Part shown: one piece after another, positions 61,319-64,000 of the stretch
Position numbering within the stretch: the stretch's first letter is position 1
Layout: every line of letters starts with the position of its first letter
Virus record (IMG/VR): IMGVR_UViG_3300045999_008996
Location: 124,001 to 188,000 of that record
Direction: 5' to 3' (one strand)
Length of the DNA: 64,000 nucleotides
Notes under the pieces: model-generated
What the model was told of the DNA's origin: nothing
Databases searched by the model: none
What the model saw: only the letters and a program-made list of their open reading frames with translations
Made by a program: the position numbers and the translations under genes

Positions 61319-61729
61319 CTACTCCTTTTTACAGGTGTCAAGCCATGGTGAACAGAGTCTCATTTCTCCTCCAAGTTTCTTACACTCTTCAGTATAACAC
61401 TTAGAAGTATCTAGAGGCCTCTCTATCAACCTCGACAAAGGTATTCTACTGTTGTTCGAAGCCCCTGTCAAGCGTTCATACTCACGAATAGCCTTATCAA
61501 CATCCCTCTCAACTCTCCTACCCACCACAGCAGGGTCCTGGAGCAGCACGTCGTTGATTACGGTGCCTGGGAACAGAGTCCTCTGAACCTCGTCTAAGAG
61601 GTCCCAGAGGCGCTCCTGGGGCGCTCCAGTGCATTGGGAGAGGGTCGCTACGATACCGCTGAGTATGGCGCTTATAAGGATTATCTGCTTCTTGTTCGGT
61701 CTCTTCTTTCCGAAGTTAAAATTGAACAT
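61319..61729 (-). CDS. Putative membrane-anchored/lipoprotein hypothetical protein
   Basis: Basic N-terminus, hydrophobic stretch ending ATLSQC, Cys-rich C-terminus. Confidence 0.55.
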   Translation of the reverse strand: MFNFNFGKKRPNKKQIILISAILSGIVATLSQCTGAPQERLWDLLDEVQRTLFPGTVINDVLLQDPAVVGRRVERDVDKAIREYERLTGASNNSRIPLSRLIERPLDTSKCYTEECKKLGGEMRLCSPWLDTCKKE

Positions 61730-61784
61730 AAAAAAAGAGGAGTAGCAACCGCTCTCCTCTATTTAGTATTAAACTTTTAGATCA

Positions 61785-62147
61785 TTATACCCGCGAGTAA
61801 CAAATCCTAGCAACACCTTGACTGGGTGAAGCAATAGTAGAGAATGCACCGTAAGACAAGTCAAGGTCTCTACCCGCGATATAAGGACCGCGATCATTAA
61901 CACGTACAATTACCGATTTACCATTGGATTGATTTGTAACTCTCAGCCTTGTTCCAAATGGCAACCATTTATGTGCTACAGAATTAGAATAAGCATTGTA
62001 TCTTTCGCCATTGGCAGTTGTCTGCCCGTGATATCCATCACCAACTCCATAATGTGATGCGAGGGAACATCCGCTCGCTGCCTTTGCTTGTAGGGGTGCT
62101 AATCCTGCAGTGACAATGGCAAAAATTGAAAGTGTTTTAAAAAGCAT
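61785..62147 (-). CDS. rlpA: RlpA-like (DPBB) lytic transglycosylase
   Basis: Signal peptide; ASHYG..G..TANGE.Y..AHK.LPFGT.LRVTN..SVIVRVNDRGPY..R.LDLS..AF. Confidence 0.92.
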   Translation of the reverse strand: MLFKTLSIFAIVTAGLAPLQAKAASGCSLASHYGVGDGYHGQTTANGERYNAYSNSVAHKWLPFGTRLRVTNQSNGKSVIVRVNDRGPYIAGRDLDLSYGAFSTIASPSQGVARICYSRV

Positions 62148-62314
62148 TAAATTTAACAGAACTCTACATCCGTATAGAAAGGGGGTACACCCTTTTCTCA
62201 AAGGGCACTTTCCACGGCTCTAAATCAAAATCAAAGTCTCATAATAAAAAACCCTGCTCATAACAGGGATTTTTACATAATAAGTTAATATTTAGAATTT
62301 GTCAAGAGTTTGGT

Positions 62315-62533
62315 TTACCGAACATCAACTTCTTGTTCATCAGTCCAGTCTTCATCTTCCAAACAAAGATAATCCAATTCTTGAGTTCCTTCTGGAATAT
62401 TAATCCACTCATCAAACTCTGCAAGAAGTGCCTGAGCATTCTTATGACGGTCTGCTTCGTGAAGGAGTTCAATTTTGTTAATTGCCCATTCACGAACAAA
62501 CGCTACAGGTTCGCTTTCAATCTGAGTTTCCAT
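62315..62533 (-). CDS. Acidic hypothetical protein (METQIESEP..)
   Basis: Start re-assigned; overlaps the stop of the upstream gene. Confidence 0.6.
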   Translation of the reverse strand: METQIESEPVAFVREWAINKIELLHEADRHKNAQALLAEFDEWINIPEGTQELDYLCLEDEDWTDEQEVDVR

Positions 62534-62960
62534 AGTAATCTTTTCGGAAGTACCTGTTGAGGATGTTGCTATTGTAGTAGGCAGGTGTTCCGTTGTCAAG
62601 TGATTCTGTGAGGACATTGTGTGCGAAGAGTTGTCGGGTTTCTTCGAAGTTAGTTTTGCCCTTTGTTTTATGTAATGATAAAATAGTGCGCGTAAAATTC
62701 TCCCTACCATACTTTTTTATGTCCTCCTTGAGTTCTGGGCATGATCCATAGTAATTCTTCCAGTCAGATTCTGCCTTAACTTTTCGAGACTTTCCTCTCG
62801 GAGTGCGGAAACTCCAGAAATATTTTCTACCAATATAGTCGCGATTAGTTGTGTTGCAATGAATATGATATACAAAACCATAATAATCCAGAATATCACT
62901 TGAACCAAATTCTTTTCCATTGTAGGTCCAAGGATTTTCATAGTCAATATCTGTACTCAT
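62517..62960 (-). CDS. GIY-YIG-domain protein conserved downstream of nrdB in T4-like phages
   Basis: GFVY.I..YIGRK..W..YYGS..F.R.IL..E..YN.NI. Confidence 0.75.
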   Translation of the reverse strand: MSTDIDYENPWTYNGKEFGSSDILDYYGFVYHIHCNTTNRDYIGRKYFWSFRTPRGKSRKVKAESDWKNYYGSCPELKEDIKKYGRENFTRTILSLHKTKGKTNFEETRQLFAHNVLTESLDNGTPAYYNSNILNRYFRKDYYGNSD

Positions 62961-63105
62961 CAATAATATCAAGAACTTCGTTCAGATATTTATGAGCGAG
63001 TCCTTTCATATCCATTTCTGGTCTAATATGATCTTTGTGCAATTTATCTTTTAATTTTAAAACACGAACTTTAATTTCATCTTTAGTCAGTTGATTTTTG
63101 GACAT
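62944..63105 (-). CDS. Small protein (53 aa, MSKNQLTKDEIKVRVLKLK..)
   Basis: Manually translated; GGAG-like RBS region upstream. Confidence 0.55.
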   Translation of the reverse strand: MSKNQLTKDEIKVRVLKLKDKLHKDHIRPEMDMKGLAHKYLNEVLDIIDEYRY

Positions 63106-63135
63106 AAAAAAGAGGAGTGTGACCTCCTCTATCTA

Positions 63136-63282
63136 TCAGATATCATTTAACCATTCTTTGCAATAGTCATAATCACCAAACATAAACTCATCACATTCTG
63201 CTGCTTCTCGGTATGCGTTTAGGATTTCCTGTTCGCACCATTCATCATAATTGGAATCCTGCGAAAGTATTTTTGGTAACAT
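63136..63282 (-). CDS. Small acidic protein overlapping the nrdB end (48 aa)
   Basis: MLPKILSQDSNYDEWCEQEILNAYREAAECDEFMFGDYDYCKEWLNDI. Confidence 0.5.
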   Translation of the reverse strand: MLPKILSQDSNYDEWCEQEILNAYREAAECDEFMFGDYDYCKEWLNDI

Positions 63283-64000
63283 CTTGTTTGATTCCCCCAA
63301 CTACATAACTTTCGACTTCCGTTTCTTGTGGGGCTACTTGGAGACCTTTAGAGGAAATCCAGTGTTGAGTCCATGGAAGAGGATTATTGTTTGCTGAAAT
63401 ATCGTATTGTGGTTTAAGACCGATTGCTTTTAATCTACGATTTGCAATCCATTCAACATACTGCTGAAGAAGTTTATCATTTAGCCCAATCATGCTTCCA
63501 TCTTTGAACAGATAATCTGCCCATTTCTTTTCTTCATTTACTGCACGATCAAACATCTTATAGACCCATTCTTCCTCTTCTTTAGCAATCTGCTTCATTT
63601 CAGGATCATCACCTTCCCTCCATTTATTCAGAATATTCTGAGTAAGTGCTAGGTGCTGGTTTTCGTCTCTTGCAATGAGACTAATGATTTTAGCGGATCC
63701 TTCCATAAGCTTAAGTTCACCAAAGGCGAAACTACAAGCAAAACTAACGTAAAAGCGAATACCTTCAAGAATATTAACGTTTGCGACTGCTCTGTACAGT
63801 TTTCGTTTAACGTCATTAATTGATTCCTTTGCGTATGATACTCCTTCAAGATTGTGCATCCAGGCATCGGATACACCATATTGTTGTGCGGATTGAATGA
63901 AGTCATCATAAGACTCTGTAACGCTCTTAGCACGTTCCAGAATACGCTCATCTCCAATGATAGTATCAAAGACCTCAGAAGGGTCTGGATAAATGTTTTT
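63245..64000 (-). CDS. nrdB: Ribonucleotide reductase class Ia beta subunit (5' part outside window)
   Basis: NILEGIRFYVSFACSF, IARDENQH iron-ligand motif, APQETEVESY; frame open to the window edge. Confidence 0.96.
   Translation of the reverse strand, partial: KNIYPDPSEVFDTIIGDERILERAKSVTESYDDFIQSAQQYGVSDAWMHNLEGVSYAKESINDVKRKLYRAVANVNILEGIRFYVSFACSFAFGELKLMEGSAKIISLIARDENQHLALTQNILNKWREGDDPEMKQIAKEEEEWVYKMFDRAVNEEKKWADYLFKDGSMIGLNDKLLQQYVEWIANRRLKAIGLKPQYDISANNNPLPWTQHWISSKGLQVAPQETEVESYVVGGIKQDVTKNTFAGFQL

Noticed and set aside
62158-62221. c-di-AMP (ydaO) riboswitch upstream of rlpA
   Set aside because: The context fits, but the conserved GCUGAAUCC and CCGUCAGCUAAC segments are absent, so it is kept only as an unassigned structured leader
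1-64000. CRISPR array, IS element or integrase
   Set aside because: No regularly spaced direct repeats and no transposase or recombinase motifs; the exonuclease at 24087 is the usual core PD-(D/E)xK gene with no cas context

Overview
64 kb segment of a T4-like cyanomyovirus (Kyanoviridae-type, probably a freshwater Synechococcus/Cyanobium phage), coded almost entirely on the minus strand. From left to right it contains: a >1389-aa tail-fibre-like gene cut by the window edge; a Mom-like DNA-modification gene; the baseplate/tail-hub module (gp5, cp12, hub, two tape-measure-like genes, gp26/gp51, gp54-like, gp4, gp2-like, gp48, gp53); replication and late-transcription core genes (gp32, gp59, gp33, exonuclease, phoH, thyX); a tandem glnA-type glutamine riboswitch ahead of a DUF4278 gene; speD and glutaredoxin; psbD and psbA, each flanked by an HNH endonuclease; a late lysis region; peroxiredoxin, two hli genes, petF, pstS and a Som-type porin; a ~12 kb glycosylation island; a wcaG-type RNA; a GIY-YIG gene; gnd and dps; 22 tRNA genes; rlpA; and the 3' part of nrdB. 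The strongest observations are two complete -1 ribosomal frameshift signals not shown by the ORF track. One (A_AAA_AAG + 7-nt spacer + 10-bp stem) would fuse a C39-like peptidase to a GH24 lysozyme. The other (U_UUU_UUC + hairpin) would fuse gp26 to gp51 just upstream of the tape-measure-like genes, in the manner of lambda G/GT. Also notable: a single in-frame TAG in the gene next to the lysozyme, hairpin-enclosed late promoters ahead of the endonuclease genes, divergent ends of psbA and psbD facing those endonucleases, and several non-canonical tRNA or tRNA-like RNAs. All family assignments come from motif recognition; no searches were run.
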